Notes: a model not told the origin generated them from the sequence alone. A DNA stretch of 64,000 bases from an uncultured delta proteobacterium (GCA_963771175.1 CAVYSY010000045.1:131748-195747); one strand, 5' to 3'. Positions 10,832 through 22,700 are shown, counted from the first letter of the stretch. Numbers and translations: made by a program.

Positions 10832-12986
10832 GCCGCCTCCATCATCCCCAGGAAGAGGTAGGCGCGCGCGAGCAGCCGTCCATCGAGCAGCCGCCCACGG
10901 AAGGCGCTCGGGGGCTGTTGCATCACCCGGGCGTGCGGAGGCTCCGCCCCCAGCGCGAGAGCCGGCAGGAGGTCCGTGCCGAGGTCCACCGCGAGGATTT
11001 GAATGACGGTGAGGGGCAGGGGAATCTGGAAGAGGATGAAGGCCAGGTAGGGGATGAGCTCCGGAATGTTGGAGGTGAGGATGTAGGTGAGGAACTTGCG
11101 GAGGTTGGAGAACACCGCGCGCCCCTCCTCCACGGCGTTGACGATGCTTGCGAAGTGGTCGTCCGCGAGCACCACGTCCGAGGCCTCGCGCGCTACGTCC
11201 GTGCCGGTGCGGCCCATGGCGATGCCGATGTGGGCCTCCTTCAACGCTGGCGCGTCATTCACTCCGTCCCCGGTGACGGCCACCACCTCGCGCTTGCGCT
11301 TGAGCGCGGCCACCACCCGGCGCTTCTCCACCGGGCCCACCCGCGCGAACACCACCTCTGGTGCGTCGAGGGCGATCTGCAACTGGGCATCCGACAGCCG
11401 CCGCAGCTCCGGGCTGGAGAGCACGACGGGCGTCCGCGAGCGCACCAGGCCCACCTGCCGCGCCACCGCCTCCGCCGTGCGTGGGTGGTCTCCCGTTACC
11501 ATGATGACGCGGATGCCGGCCTCGCGGCATCGCTGGATGGCCTCGGGCACCTCGGGGCGGATGGGGTCCTCCAGGCCCACCAGCCCCGAGAGGACCAGGG
11601 CCTCCTCCAGGTGCTCGCGCGGCACGTCCCCGTCCACGCTCCGCGAGGCGAAGGCGAGCACCCGCAGTCCCTCGCGCGCGAGCTGCTCGCCCGCCTGGAG
11701 GAAGCGCTCGCGCAGCTCCGGGGTGAGCGGCCGGGGGCCCTCTTCCGTCTCCAGCGTGGTGCACAGGGGGAGCACCGTCTCCAGCGCGCCCTTGGTGTAG
11801 AGCACCCGTCCCTCGGCGGTCCGGTGCAGCGTGGACGAGCGCTTGCGCTCCGGATCGAAGGGGAGCTCGTCCTCACGCGGAGCCTCGGGCCGGGGCCCCA
11901 GCGCCCGCATGCCCAGGTGCATCAGCGCCACCTCCATCGGATCTCCCACCAGCTCCGGAGTGCCCGCGTTGCGCACCTCGCGCACGTTCTGGCAGCGCCA
12001 CGCGGCCTCGAAGAGCCGCCGGTGGGACGGGGCGAGCGCGTGCAGCGCCTCGGGCTTCACGGGGTGGAGGCCACTGGAGACGAAGAGGGCGCGGGCCTCC
12101 ATCCGGTTCTCGGTGAGGGTGCCGGTCTTGTCGGTGCAGATGACGGTGGCCGAGCCGAGCGTCTCCACCGAGGTGAGGTCGCGCACCAGCGCGTTGCGCC
12201 GGGCCATGCGCTGCGAGGCCATGGCCAGCGAGAGGGTGACGGTGGGCAGCAGACCCTCGGGGACATTGGCCACGATGATGCCGATGGCGAAGAGGAGGTT
12301 CTCCCACGGGTCGAGCCCCAGCCCGCGGCCGAGGAGGAAGAAGACGACGCCCAGCACCGTGGCCAGCCCCGCCACCATCCGGCCCAGGCGGACGATCTCC
12401 CGCTGCAGGGGGGTGAGCTCCTCGCGCGGTCGTCTGGGTGAGGTGGGCGATGCGCCCGAACTCCGTCTGCATGCCGGTGGCGAAGACGAGCGCGCGCGCC
12501 CTCCCGGAGGTGAGGAAGGTGCCCGCCAGCAGCACGTTGTGGCTGCGCAACAACTCCTCCTCGGTGACGGGCGCGGCCTCGACGGGCTCCGGCAGCGGAC
12601 TCGCCGGTGATGGTGGCGTTGTTGACGCGCGCCGCGTGCGTCTCGAGCACCCGGCAGTCGGCGGGGACCTGGTCCCCCTCCTCGAGCAGGAGGACATCCC
12701 CCGGCACCAGGTCCGTGGCGGGAAGCTCCTCGCAGGTGTCCCTCGCGCAGGACCTTCACCCGGACGGGCAGCAGCCGGCGCAGGGTGGCGATGGCGCGTT
12801 CGGCCCGGTACTCCTGGAAGAAGGAGAACAGCCCGTTGACGAGGATGACCCGAGAGGAGCCTCGGCTCGGGCACTGGGGGCGGCCAGCAGCCCCGTCGCG
12901 AGCAGCCCGAGCACCAGGGCCCGCGCGGGGGTGAGCACGATGCAGCGACGCGTGGCCTCCTCGGCCGTGAGGTGGTGGATCTTCAT
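10832..12986 (-). pseudogene. Cation-transporting P-type ATPase (type II-like); mosaic, truncated and frameshifted
   Basis: MKIHHLTAEEA start at 12986, TGES, VANVPEGL, ICTDKTGTLT, TGDHP, GDGVNDAPAL. The first TM region is replaced by a signal-peptide-like insert, and the C-terminal TMs are lost after RAYLFLGMMEAA. Confidence 0.85.
12856..12893. repeat. Imperfect direct repeat, copy B
   Basis: GGAGCCTCGGCTCGGGCACTGGGGGCGGCCAGCAGCCC; encodes GLLAAPSARAEAP on the minus strand. Confidence 0.8.
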
Positions 12987-12995
12987 GCGCGGCCC

Positions 12996-14474
12996 TCACT
13001 CCAGTGGCCATTCGTGCACGGGAAGCCCGGACTCCGAGAGCGCCGCGTAGCGCCCCAGCAGAGCCCCGAGTGCCTCGGACCTCGGCCGATGCGCCTCCAG
13101 CTTCGCCAGCACCTCCCGCTGCCAGCGCGCGCCCGTCCGCCGCGTCCGCAGGCGCTGCCGCACCACGCCCAGCAGCGCGTCCGCCTCCGAGCCCTCCACG
13201 CCCGCCTCCATCAGCCCCGCGTGCGCCACCGGCAGCAACCGCTCCAGCAACTCGCCCACGGGCACCGGACGCGGAGAGGGGGCCCGCACCTCCGGCCACA
13301 GCAGCACCGCGTCCAGTCCATCCCGCGCCGCCCGGAAGAAGTTCCCCCGTGCGTGCTCGAAGGGCATCCCCGGCAGCAGCGCGTCCACCTCGCGGCTCAG
13401 CCCCAGCGTCAGTCCCAGCAACAGCGCCCCGTTCGCCATCATGTCCACCACCGTCGGCCCCGCGGGGAGGGCGCGGAGCTCGAGGCGCAGGTGCCCGCCC
13501 GCGTCCGGGTCGTACACCGCCCGGTTCCACGTCCACACCGTGCCATGGTGCAGCCGCAGCTCGTCCAGCCGGGGAGTGCCTCCCCCGGCCAGCACGGATA
13601 GGGGGGCTTCTGGTCCCACCTCCGGCAGCAGGGGCTCGTGCAGCGCCACGGACTCCGCGAACAGCTCCAGCGCTCCCTGCCGCACCCATCCGCGTCCGAA
13701 GGACAACCGCGCATGCCGGGGCACTTCACGCGCCTCGTCGTCCACCTTGTCCACCGTCCGGTAGAGGGCGATCCGCGTCTCGTCCCACAGCCGCCGTCCC
13801 AGCAGCAGCGGTGAGTTGGCTCCCACCGCCAGGGCGGGCGCCGTGGCGAGCTGGGCCGCGTTGTACGCCCGCGCGAACTCCTCCGGGTCCACGCGCAGGT
13901 GGTACTGCATGGACGTGGCCGCCCCCGCCAGGGTGATGTCGTTCCACGGCAGCGTCAGCGAGTCTTCGCGCGACAGGGTCGCCACGATGGTATCCCGCCG
14001 GCTCGGGAAGGTGGCCGACAGCACCCGGTAGCGCGGCAAGGGCGTCATCGCGTTGCTCCCCGCGTCCTCCTCCCGCAGCGTGGGCAGGATGCCCGCCATC
14101 ACGATGCGCGCCCCCTGGGTGGCCGCAGCCCGCCGGGCCTCCGCCAGCACGTCCGCGCACTCGGCTTGCAACGCCGTGAAGGAGCGCCCGGCCAGGGGCA
14201 CGGGCCGCAGGTTGCACTCCAGGTTGAAGCGGGCGAGCTCCACCGTCAGCCGGGGGTCCTTCGTCCGCTCCAATACCCGCTCGCTGACTGGCAGCGGCCG
14301 GCCCGCCGCATCCACCAGGAAGAGCTCCAGCTCCGCCCCGAGGGTACGCGGCCCCTCTCCGAATCCAGGCCGGGCCAGCAACAGCCGCAGGGCCTCCAGA
14401 CCCTCGCGCAGGCGGCTCGCGAAGCGCTCGTGGTCCTCGGGCGTGAAGGTGTCCCGCTGGATTCGCAGCCCCAT
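12996..14474 (-). CDS. Glutamate--cysteine ligase family 2 (GCS2)-like protein
   Basis: GAELELFLVD, VELARFNLECN, ANSPLLLGRRLWDETRIAL, HHGTVWTWNRAVY, HLRLELRALPAGPT; likely start MGLRIQRD. Confidence 0.88.
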   Translation of the reverse strand: MGLRIQRDTFTPEDHERFASRLREGLEALRLLLARPGFGEGPRTLGAELELFLVDAAGRPLPVSERVLERTKDPRLTVELARFNLECNLRPVPLAGRSFTALQAECADVLAEARRAAATQGARIVMAGILPTLREEDAGSNAMTPLPRYRVLSATFPSRRDTIVATLSREDSLTLPWNDITLAGAATSMQYHLRVDPEEFARAYNAAQLATAPALAVGANSPLLLGRRLWDETRIALYRTVDKVDDEAREVPRHARLSFGRGWVRQGALELFAESVALHEPLLPEVGPEAPLSVLAGGGTPRLDELRLHHGTVWTWNRAVYDPDAGGHLRLELRALPAGPTVVDMMANGALLLGLTLGLSREVDALLPGMPFEHARGNFFRAARDGLDAVLLWPEVRAPSPRPVPVGELLERLLPVAHAGLMEAGVEGSEADALLGVVRQRLRTRRTGARWQREVLAKLEAHRPRSEALGALLGRYAALSESGLPVHEWPLE

Positions 14475-14695
14475 GCGGGAACCATGGGCACGGCGCATCC
14501 TGGGTGGAGGGAACGAGCGAGCACGCCCTGTTGCCCTCTGGAGGGAGGACCGCTCACCTTCGCCTTGTCGGACCTCCACGACAGGCAGGACTCCGAAGTG
14601 GCGGGGCAGGGCGGGTGCTCCTGGAGCGGGCGTGGAGAGCATCGATGCATCGGTCGCTGACTCCCGCGGCGCTCCAGGGGGCCCACCCTCAGGGC

Positions 14696-15826
14696 ATGGC
14701 CCTCATCGACACCTTCCTTCCGGATGCCCGCATGCGGCAGATTGACAGGCGAGCGGTCGCCGCGGATCCCGCCTGCGCATGGGCCATGGTGCGAGCCCTC
14801 GACCTCCATCGGATCCCGTTCGCGCGGGGGTTGTTCGCCTTGCGGACGCTTCCCGAGCGACTCCTGGCCCGCCTTCGCGGACGACCACTCCCTGCTTCGC
14901 GGCACTTTGGAATCGATGACATCGTCCGGTCCGACAGCGGCTTCCGCCTGCTCGGCGAGGAGCCGGGGCGCGAAGTAGTGGTCGGTGCGATCGGCCGTTT
15001 CTGGCAACTGCGCATCCCCTGGGCGGAGGTAGCGCCGGAGGACTTCAAGGCGTTCGCGGTGCCGGGATTCGGGAAGGTCGCCTGGAACCTCCGCGTGGAG
15101 CCGCGCCTCTCGGGCGGTTCGTGGATTTCGATCGACGTGCGGGTCACCACGACCAATGAGGCCGCTTGGAAGCGCTTCCGCTCGTACTGGCGGCTCATCG
15201 GCCCCTTCTCGCACGCCATCCGGCGCGCGGGGCTCCGCATGTTCGAGCGCGAACTGGGCCGGGTGCATGACGAAAGGCGCTCGGCCCTGCCGGGTGATGA
15301 GTTCCTCCCGCATGCGGGCTTCCAACGCACGCACCTGCGCGACATCGAGGCGCCCCCCTCTCGGGTCTGGCCGTGGCTGGTCCAGATCGGGGCGCGGCGG
15401 GCCGGGTGGTACTCGTTGGATCGGCTCGACAACGCCGGAATCCGCAGTGCGGACCGGATCATCCCGGAGCTGCAGGCGCTGCGATTGGGCGACCTGATTC
15501 CAGCGCTTCCCAAAGGCGATGCGGCGTTCGCCGTGCTGCGGCTCGAGCCCGAGCGGGCGCTGGTGCTCGGCTCTCCCTCTCTCCGGCCGGGCGGCGCGCC
15601 GGAGGGGGCGGACACCTCGCCCTTCAGGTACACCTGGGCGTTCATGCTCGAACCGATCGGGGATTCGGCGACCCGTCTCATCGTGCGCGGCCGCGCGAGC
15701 TTCGTGCCGAGCCTCGGGATGGCGCTGCTCCGGCTGTATCGCGGGGCCGCACACGAGGTGATGCAACGCACGCAGTTGAGGCACCTGAAGCACCGGATCG
15801 AACGGCTCACCCCCCAGCTGTCCTGA
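14696..15826 (+). CDS. Hypothetical two-domain START/SRPBCC-like protein
   Basis: N-domain REVVVGAIGRFWQ...FRSYWRLIGPFS; C-domain IEAPPSRVWPWLVQIGARRAGWYSLDRLDN. Confidence 0.7.
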   Translation: MALIDTFLPDARMRQIDRRAVAADPACAWAMVRALDLHRIPFARGLFALRTLPERLLARLRGRPLPASRHFGIDDIVRSDSGFRLLGEEPGREVVVGAIGRFWQLRIPWAEVAPEDFKAFAVPGFGKVAWNLRVEPRLSGGSWISIDVRVTTTNEAAWKRFRSYWRLIGPFSHAIRRAGLRMFERELGRVHDERRSALPGDEFLPHAGFQRTHLRDIEAPPSRVWPWLVQIGARRAGWYSLDRLDNAGIRSADRIIPELQALRLGDLIPALPKGDAAFAVLRLEPERALVLGSPSLRPGGAPEGADTSPFRYTWAFMLEPIGDSATRLIVRGRASFVPSLGMALLRLYRGAAHEVMQRTQLRHLKHRIERLTPQLS

Positions 15827-15998
15827 GCGAGGCCGCCTCGGATGCGCGGAGAGGCAGGGGCTGGCCGCATAGCGGGGCCTGCCGCGACCGCGGCGAGCCC
15901 GGCCGGCCGCCCACCAGTCGCCTCCGGGCAGGCTGCCCCGAAGGGCCGTGGCCAATCCACTCCTGGACTCCCTAGGTTGGCGCAAGGGAGACCATCAC

Positions 15999-16562
15999 AT
16001 GGCCGACATCCAGCAACCCTTTCTCACCGACATCAATGAGATCCGCCGTCGGGCGCGCGAGCACCTGGAAGAGGGCTCGCTCACCTCGGACTACGAGGGT
16101 GACGTCAGCGTCACCGTCAAGCTGCTCAACGACGCGCTGGCCACGGAGATCGTCTGCGTGCTCCGCTATACCTCGCACTACATCAGCGCGGTGGGCATCC
16201 ACAGCGAGTCGGTGCGGGCGGAGTTCGGCGCGCATGCGCGCGAAGAGGAACGGCACGCCCTGATGCTCGCCGAGCGCATCAACCAGCTCGGCGGCAAGGC
16301 GAACTTCCACCCCGAGGGGCTGCTCACGCGCAGCGCGAGCCAGTTCGTCGAGGGGCAGAACCTCGTGGACATGATCCGCGAGGATCTCGTGGCCGAGCGG
16401 ATCGCCATCCAGACGTACCAGGAGCTGATCCGCTACTTCGCCAACCATGACCCGACCACGCGGCGGATGCTCGAGGAGATCCTCACCAAGGAGGAGGAGC
16501 ACGCCAACGACATGCACGATCTGCTCGTGGCGCACCAGGGCCGCCCGATGCTCAACAGCTGA
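15999..16562 (+). CDS. Bacterioferritin/ferritin-like diiron protein
   Basis: LATEIVCVLRY, EEERHA, EDLVAERIAI, EEEHANDM (ExxH ferroxidase motifs); SD AGGGAG. Confidence 0.9.
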   Translation: MADIQQPFLTDINEIRRRAREHLEEGSLTSDYEGDVSVTVKLLNDALATEIVCVLRYTSHYISAVGIHSESVRAEFGAHAREEERHALMLAERINQLGGKANFHPEGLLTRSASQFVEGQNLVDMIREDLVAERIAIQTYQELIRYFANHDPTTRRMLEEILTKEEEHANDMHDLLVAHQGRPMLNS

Positions 16563-16719
16563 GCCTCCCCGGTGCCGCTCGGGGGAGCCCTACTGCTCAC
16601 CCCGAGGCGGCGGCCGGCGCTCCGGTCTCCGAGGGCTCGCCGCCCAGCCTCCCGCGCCTTGAGGAGCCTCCAGGCCAGCACGATGTTCACTCCAACCACC
16701 GCGGATGGAGGGCACGGCC

Positions 16720-17826
16720 ATGGAGGAGATCTCCCGGTTCCTGGATGGGTTGGGCCCCTTCCTGGTCCTGCACATCCACCGGCCGGCCGTGGGGCTGAAG
16801 GCCACGGTCGTCGTGGATAACGTCGCGTGCGGCCCGGCGCTGGGCGGCGTGCGGATGGCGCCCGACGTCAGCACCGAAGAGGCCTTCCGTCTGGCCCGTG
16901 CGATGACCTTCAAGAACGCCGCCGCCCAACTCCCGCTTGGAGGCGGCAAGTCGGTCATCTACGCGGACCCTCGGATGCCCGAGGGGGAGAAGGAGCGCTT
17001 GATGCGTGCCTTCGCCACGGCCATCCGGGGGCTGACCGACTACATCCCCGGCCCCGACATGGGCACGGACGAGCGGTGCATGGCGTGGATTCGTGATGAG
17101 ATCGGCCGGGCCGCGGGGCTGCCCGCCGTACTCGGCGGCATTCCGCTCGACGAACTGGGTGCCACGGGCTTCGGTCTGGCGGCGGCGATCGACGTGGCGC
17201 GCGAGTTCCTCGGTCTTGAGCTGACGGGCGCACGTGTGGTCGTCCAGGGGTTCGGAGCGGTGGGCAAGCATGCGGCCCGTGTGCTCGCGGAGAAGGGGGC
17301 CGTGCTGGTGGGCGTGGGCGACTCCCGGGGCACGCTCGCCAACCCCTCGGGACTCGATGTGGCTGAGCTCATCGCCCTCAAGGATGAGGGGCGCTCCGTC
17401 GTGGACTCCCCTCGGGGACGGAAGCTCGAGCGCGAGGCGGTGCTCGAGCTCGACTGCGACATCTGGATTCCCGCCGCCCGGCCCGACGTGCTCCGCGCCG
17501 ACAACGTCGGCCGCTTGAAGGCCCGGCTGGTCGCGCCGGGGGCGAACATCGCCTGCACTCCGGAAGCGGAGGTGGCGCTGCACGAACGGGGCGTTCTGGT
17601 GCTCCCGGACTTCATCGCCAACGCCGGAGGGGTCATCTGCGCGGCCACGGAGTACCAGGGCGGTGGCCAGCGGGCCGCCTTCGAGGCGATCGACGAGAAG
17701 ATCCGCCACAACATCCGCCTCGTCATCGAGGAGTCCCGGCGCACGCGAGTTCCCCCCATCCGAGCCGCGATGGCGCTCGCCGAGCGGCGTGTGCGCGAGG
17801 CCTCGCGTACCCGGCGCTGGTCGTGA
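16720..17826 (+). CDS. Glu/Leu/Phe/Val dehydrogenase
   Basis: GPALGGVRM, MTFKNA, GGGKSVI, PGPDMGT, VQGFGAVG, PDFIANAGGVI. Confidence 0.93.
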   Translation: MEEISRFLDGLGPFLVLHIHRPAVGLKATVVVDNVACGPALGGVRMAPDVSTEEAFRLARAMTFKNAAAQLPLGGGKSVIYADPRMPEGEKERLMRAFATAIRGLTDYIPGPDMGTDERCMAWIRDEIGRAAGLPAVLGGIPLDELGATGFGLAAAIDVAREFLGLELTGARVVVQGFGAVGKHAARVLAEKGAVLVGVGDSRGTLANPSGLDVAELIALKDEGRSVVDSPRGRKLEREAVLELDCDIWIPAARPDVLRADNVGRLKARLVAPGANIACTPEAEVALHERGVLVLPDFIANAGGVICAATEYQGGGQRAAFEAIDEKIRHNIRLVIEESRRTRVPPIRAAMALAERRVREASRTRRWS

Positions 17827-17980
17827 AGCAATGTCCGAAATGCCGCTGGATTGGAGGCGTTGCTCGCCGAGGTTAGGCAGGACGTGGTGCCACGCGTGGT
17901 GTGTCATCGTGCGCGAGCCCTCCAGCACCGGCAAGGTGTGGTGGGGCAAGAGCACGGCAGTGAATGCTCGCGAGGATGAC

Positions 17981-19234
17981 ATGGACTTGGAGAAGAGCGT
18001 CGGAGGGTCCGGAGGCCGCAGGGTGTGGGTGCTCCTGGTCCTCCTCGCCGGGTGTGGCCACCGTGGTGTGACTCTTCCCCCGGACAGCCGGGGCGTCTCG
18101 CTGCGCTCCGGGGTCGACTTGCACGCGCACCTCATCATGCGCTCGGCCCTGGCGCCCTGGTTCCAGGGTGAGCCGGACTCGGGCGTGCTCGCTTCGTCTC
18201 CCACGCAGGCCTTCGTCAACCCGCTCGACTCGGCCACGCTCCAGCAGGCGGGAATCCGACTGGTGGTGGTAGCTCTCTGGCCGCCGTTCGACTTGAGGCC
18301 GGGCCGCACCGCGCTGGACGAGGCGCTCGGGCAACTCCGCGCGCTCCACGAGTTCGCCCGTCGCCATCCAGCCTTCGGCGTGGCCACCGACGCGGCGAGC
18401 GCACGTTCCCTCATGGCCCAGGGGCGCATCGCGCTGCTGCCCTCGATTGAAGGCGGCGGGGGAATCTCGCGCGTGGAGGAGGTGGACGTGCTCTATGCCG
18501 CCGGCGCGCGCTCCATCGGGCTGGTCCACTTCACGGACAACCGGCTCGGGGACGCTCGCGACGCCCAGTTGGGAGCGGTGCTCGGCCCGTTGCTCAACGG
18601 CAGCTCCGACGGTCTCACGCCCCTGGGACGCCAGGTGGTGGGCAGGATGATGTCCCTCGGGATGGTGGTGGATGTCTCGCATGCGAGCGAGCGCACCATG
18701 CGAGACGTCCTGGCGCTCACCGAGCCAGCCGGCGTCCCCGTCATTGCCTCGCATGAGGGGGCCGCGCACGCCTCCGTCCGGACAGTCACCGCTGCCACGG
18801 CGGCGCGCATCGGCGCGAGCGGAGGGTTGATTGGAATCGGCCTCTACCGCAACCCCATCGCGGAGCCTGTCCCGGAGGAGGAGCGCTGGCGGGGCCATCA
18901 GCCCGATACCTGTGACGACGTGGTGGCCCACTGGCTGTACTACCAGCGGCTGGCTGGCGAACGGGCGGTGGTGCTCGGGAGCGACCTGGGCACCCCCACC
19001 TCGCGCCCGCTCCCGGGTCCGGGCTGCCCTGAGGGCATTCGGAATTCCGGAGACCTTCCCGCCCTGTTCTCCTCCCTGGTTGCTCACGGGGTGTCACGGG
19101 AGCTCCTGGAGGATGGCGCGCAACGGGTGCTGGAACTGCTCGAAAGGGTGGAGGCCATGGCCAGTCCAAAGGCCAGGGCCGACGCGCGCCGCCGGCGCGT
19201 CTTCGAGAATCCGCACTTCGCCTCGCCGCTCTGA
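17981..19234 (+). CDS. Membrane dipeptidase (peptidase M19, amidohydrolase fold), lipoprotein
   Basis: Lipobox LLAGC, DLHAH, SIEGG, LVHFTDN, VDVSH, IASH, GSD. Confidence 0.85.
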   Translation: MDLEKSVGGSGGRRVWVLLVLLAGCGHRGVTLPPDSRGVSLRSGVDLHAHLIMRSALAPWFQGEPDSGVLASSPTQAFVNPLDSATLQQAGIRLVVVALWPPFDLRPGRTALDEALGQLRALHEFARRHPAFGVATDAASARSLMAQGRIALLPSIEGGGGISRVEEVDVLYAAGARSIGLVHFTDNRLGDARDAQLGAVLGPLLNGSSDGLTPLGRQVVGRMMSLGMVVDVSHASERTMRDVLALTEPAGVPVIASHEGAAHASVRTVTAATAARIGASGGLIGIGLYRNPIAEPVPEEERWRGHQPDTCDDVVAHWLYYQRLAGERAVVLGSDLGTPTSRPLPGPGCPEGIRNSGDLPALFSSLVAHGVSRELLEDGAQRVLELLERVEAMASPKARADARRRRVFENPHFASPL

Positions 19235-19313
19235 GTCGACCCTCGAGCACGGGGGCGGGGAACCTCTCGTGGGAGCGCTGCGCCGTGGATGGAGCAGCGC
19301 TCCGCCCATGGTG

Positions 19314-19712
19314 CTAGGCCATGGCGCTCATCTTCCGGCAGGACTCCGCGCAGCGACGGCACGATTCGGCGCAGGCCTTCATCACCGCGTCATCGCTCAT
19401 CTTCTCGCACTCGTTCGCGCACCGATCACACACCTCGGCACAGACGCCGCAGGTTCGCGCGTGGAGCACAGAGCCGCGCAGCATGAAGTCCGCGCTCGTC
19501 TTGCAGATCTGCACACAGTCCTCGAGCAGCCGGATGTGGTCGGCGGCCGCATGCTTGCCGCCCTTCTGAAGGCAGTACGTCACCGTCTGGATGCAGACCG
19601 CCGAGCACGACAGGCAATTCTGGATGCATGCCTTCATTTCGTCCGACAGCTGGGGGCCGCCAACGGGAAGGAAGGGTTGGAACGAGGGCTTCTGTGTCTC
19701 TATCCGCGGCAT
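19314..19712 (-). CDS. Four-helix-bundle copper storage protein (Csp3/DUF326-like)
   Basis: 16 Cys, mostly in CxxxC/CxxC helical spacing; no Tat signal; directly downstream of the cusA-like gene. Confidence 0.88.
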   Translation of the reverse strand: MPRIETQKPSFQPFLPVGGPQLSDEMKACIQNCLSCSAVCIQTVTYCLQKGGKHAAADHIRLLEDCVQICKTSADFMLRGSVLHARTCGVCAEVCDRCANECEKMSDDAVMKACAESCRRCAESCRKMSAMA

Positions 19713-19788
19713 GTCTTCGTCTCCTCTCGTGATTCGGGTCTCAGGAATGAGGTGAGGAGGGGGGTGGGCACCTACAAGTGTGGCTCCC

Positions 19789-22700
19789 TCAGTGCGCCGC
19801 TTTCTCGCCCGCCGTGAATGCTGGCAAGCGGGTATCCGGTGCGATGTCCGGCTCAGCCTCTGGAGACTCGGGGGTTGCCGGACCTGGCACCACCTCGTGG
19901 CGCTTCCACAGGAAGTAGACGGCCGGGTAGACGAGCAGCTCCAGCAGGAAGCTGGTGACCAGGCCGCCCACCATGGGCGCCGCGATGCGCTTCATGACGT
20001 CCGCGCCGGTTCCGGTGGACCACATGATGGGCAGCAGGCCCAGCATCGCCGCCAGGACCGTCATCGCCTTGGGCCGTACGCGCTTCACGGCACCGTGGAT
20101 GATGGCCTCCACCAGGTCGCCTTCGGTGCGCAGCATCCCGCGCTTCTTCGCCTCATCGTGGGACAGGTCGAGGAAGAGCAGCATGAACACGCCGGTTTCG
20201 GCGTCCAGGCCCATCAGCGCGATCATGCCCACCCACACCGCGATGGAGACGTTGTAGTCGAGCGCCCACAGCAGCCACACCGCGCCGATGGCCGAGAAGG
20301 GCACCGCCAGCATCACGAGGCCCGCCTTGAAGGCCGACTTCGTGTTCATGTAGAGCAGCCCGAAGATGAGCACGAGCGTGAGCGGAATGACGAGCTTCAG
20401 CCGCTCCCTGACGCGCAGCATGTTCTCGTACTGCCCGCTCCAGGTCATGGAGTAGCCGGCGGGCACCTTCACGCTCGCGGCCACCGCCTCCTTGGCGCGC
20501 TCCACGAAGCCGCCCACGTCGTACTTGGAGGTGTCGAAGTCCACGTAGACGTAGCCGGTGAGCATCCCGTTCTCGTTGCGAATCATCGAGGGGCCGTGGG
20601 CGAGCACCACGTCCGCGATGGCCTCCATGGGAATCTGGCCCTTGCCGTCGGGCAGGGGCAGCAGCACGCGCTTGAGGGACTGGAGGTCCTCGCGGTAGTC
20701 ACGCGCGTAGCGCACGTTGATGCCGTAGCGCTCGCGGCCCTCCACGGTGGTGCACTGGTTGTCTCCACCCACCGCGGTCATCACCATCATGTTCGCGTCG
20801 TCCACGCTCAGGCCGTAGCGGGCGAGCTCGTCGCGCTTGAGGACGAAGTCCAGGAAGTAGCCGCCCGCCACGCGCTCGGCGAACGCGCTGCGGGTGCCCG
20901 CCACCTTGGACACCGCGGCCTCCGTCTCGCGAGCGATACGCTCCACGGTGGTCAGGTCCGCGCCCATGATCTTGATGCCCACGGGCGTGCGGATACCGGT
21001 GGAGAGCATGTCGAGCCGACCCTTGATGGGCATGGTCCAGGCGTTGGAGATGCCCGGCAGCTGGAGCGCGGCGTTCATCTTCGACTCCAGCTCGTCCTGG
21101 GTGATGCGGTCGCGCCAGAACGGGCGCAGGACACCCTTCAGCCACTCGGGCGCCCAGCTGCAGTACCAGCGCGGGACTCTCGCGCCACTGGGACTCGGGG
21201 CTGCAGCAGGACCGTCGTCTCCATCATGGTGAACGGGGCGGGGTCGGTGGAGGTGTTGGCGCGGCCGGCCTTGCCGAAGACGCGCTCGACCTCGGGGAAC
21301 TGCATGAGCAGCTTGTCCTGCACCTGCAGCACGCGCTGCGCCTCGGCGACGGACATGCCGGGCTCCACCGCCGAGGGCATGTAGAGGATGGTGCCCTCGT
21401 GGAGCGGCGGCATGAACTCGCTGCCCAGGTGCAGGTACACGGGGATGGTGGTGGCGACCAGCAGCACGCTCACCGCGAGGGTGGCCTTGGCGTGGCGCAC
21501 GCACGAAGCGGCAGGGGCCCTCGTAGAGCCGGTGCAGCAGCCGGCTGATGGGGTGCCGCTCCTCGGAGTAGTACTTGCCCACGAGCGCCTGCGTCGCCGC
21601 CCACGCCAGGAACCTCGGGCGGAAGCGGAAGGGCTCCATGCGCGCGAAGAGCATGCGCATGGCGGGGTCGAGGGTGATGGCCAGCAGCGCGGCGATGGCC
21701 ATGGCCAGGTTCTTCGAGTAGGCCAGCGGCCGGAAGAGCCGGCCCTCCTGGTCCACCAGCGTGAAGACCGGCATGAAGGCCACCGCGATGACGAGCAGGG
21801 AGAAGAAGACGCCCGGCCCCACCTCCAGCAGCGCCTCCAGGCGCACCTGGTGGAAGTCGCCCTTCTTGCCGTCCTTCATCCAGTGGTGGATCTTGTTGTA
21901 GGCGTTCTCCACCTCGACGATGGCGCCGTCCACGAGCACGCCGATGGAGATGGCGATGCCGGCCAGCGACATGAGGTTGGCGTTCAGCCCCATCGCGTAC
22001 ATGGGGATGAAGGCCAGCGCCACGGACACCGGAATGGTGACGATGGGCACGATGGCCGAGGGGACGTGCCACAGGAAGATGAGGATGATGAGGGAGACGA
22101 TGATGATCTCCTCGACCAGCTTGTCCGTCACCGTGTCGATGGCGCGCTCGATGAGGTCCGAGCGGTCGTAGGTGGTGACCACCTCGACGCCCTTCGGGCA
22201 GCGAGGGCTTGAGCTCCTCGAGCTTCGCCTTGACGCGCTCGATGACGTTGAGGGCGTTCTCCCCCTGGCGCATGACCACGATGCCGCCCACCACGTCGCC
22301 CTCGCCGTCGAGGTCGGCGATGCCGCGGCGCATCTCGGGGCCCAGCGTCACGCTGGCCACGTCCTTGACCGTGACGGGCGTGCCGCCCTCGGCCTTGAGG
22401 ACCAGCTTCTCGAGGTCCTCCACGTTCTTCACGTAGCCGCGGCCGCGCACCATGTACTCGCGCCCGGCGAGCTCGACGAGCCGTCCGCCCACGTCGTTGT
22501 TGCCCTGGCGCACCGCGCGCATCACCGCGTCCAGCGACAGCCCGTAGCTCGCGAGCGTGTTGGGGTTCACCGTCACCTGGTACTGGCGCACCTGGCCGCC
22601 CACGGTCGCCACCTCGGAGACGCCCGGCACGCTCTGCACGGCGTAGCGCAGGAACCAGTCCTGGTAGGAGCGCAGCTCGTCCAGCCGGTGCTTGCCGGCT

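Noticed and set aside
9607..13689. 1360-aa ORF as a giant fusion protein
   Set aside because: Only the middle is ATPase; the flanks are off-frame readings of the GCS2 and redoxin genes.
15999..16562. Encapsulin cargo ferritin
   Set aside because: No LTVGSL-type targeting peptide and no encapsulin gene in the window.
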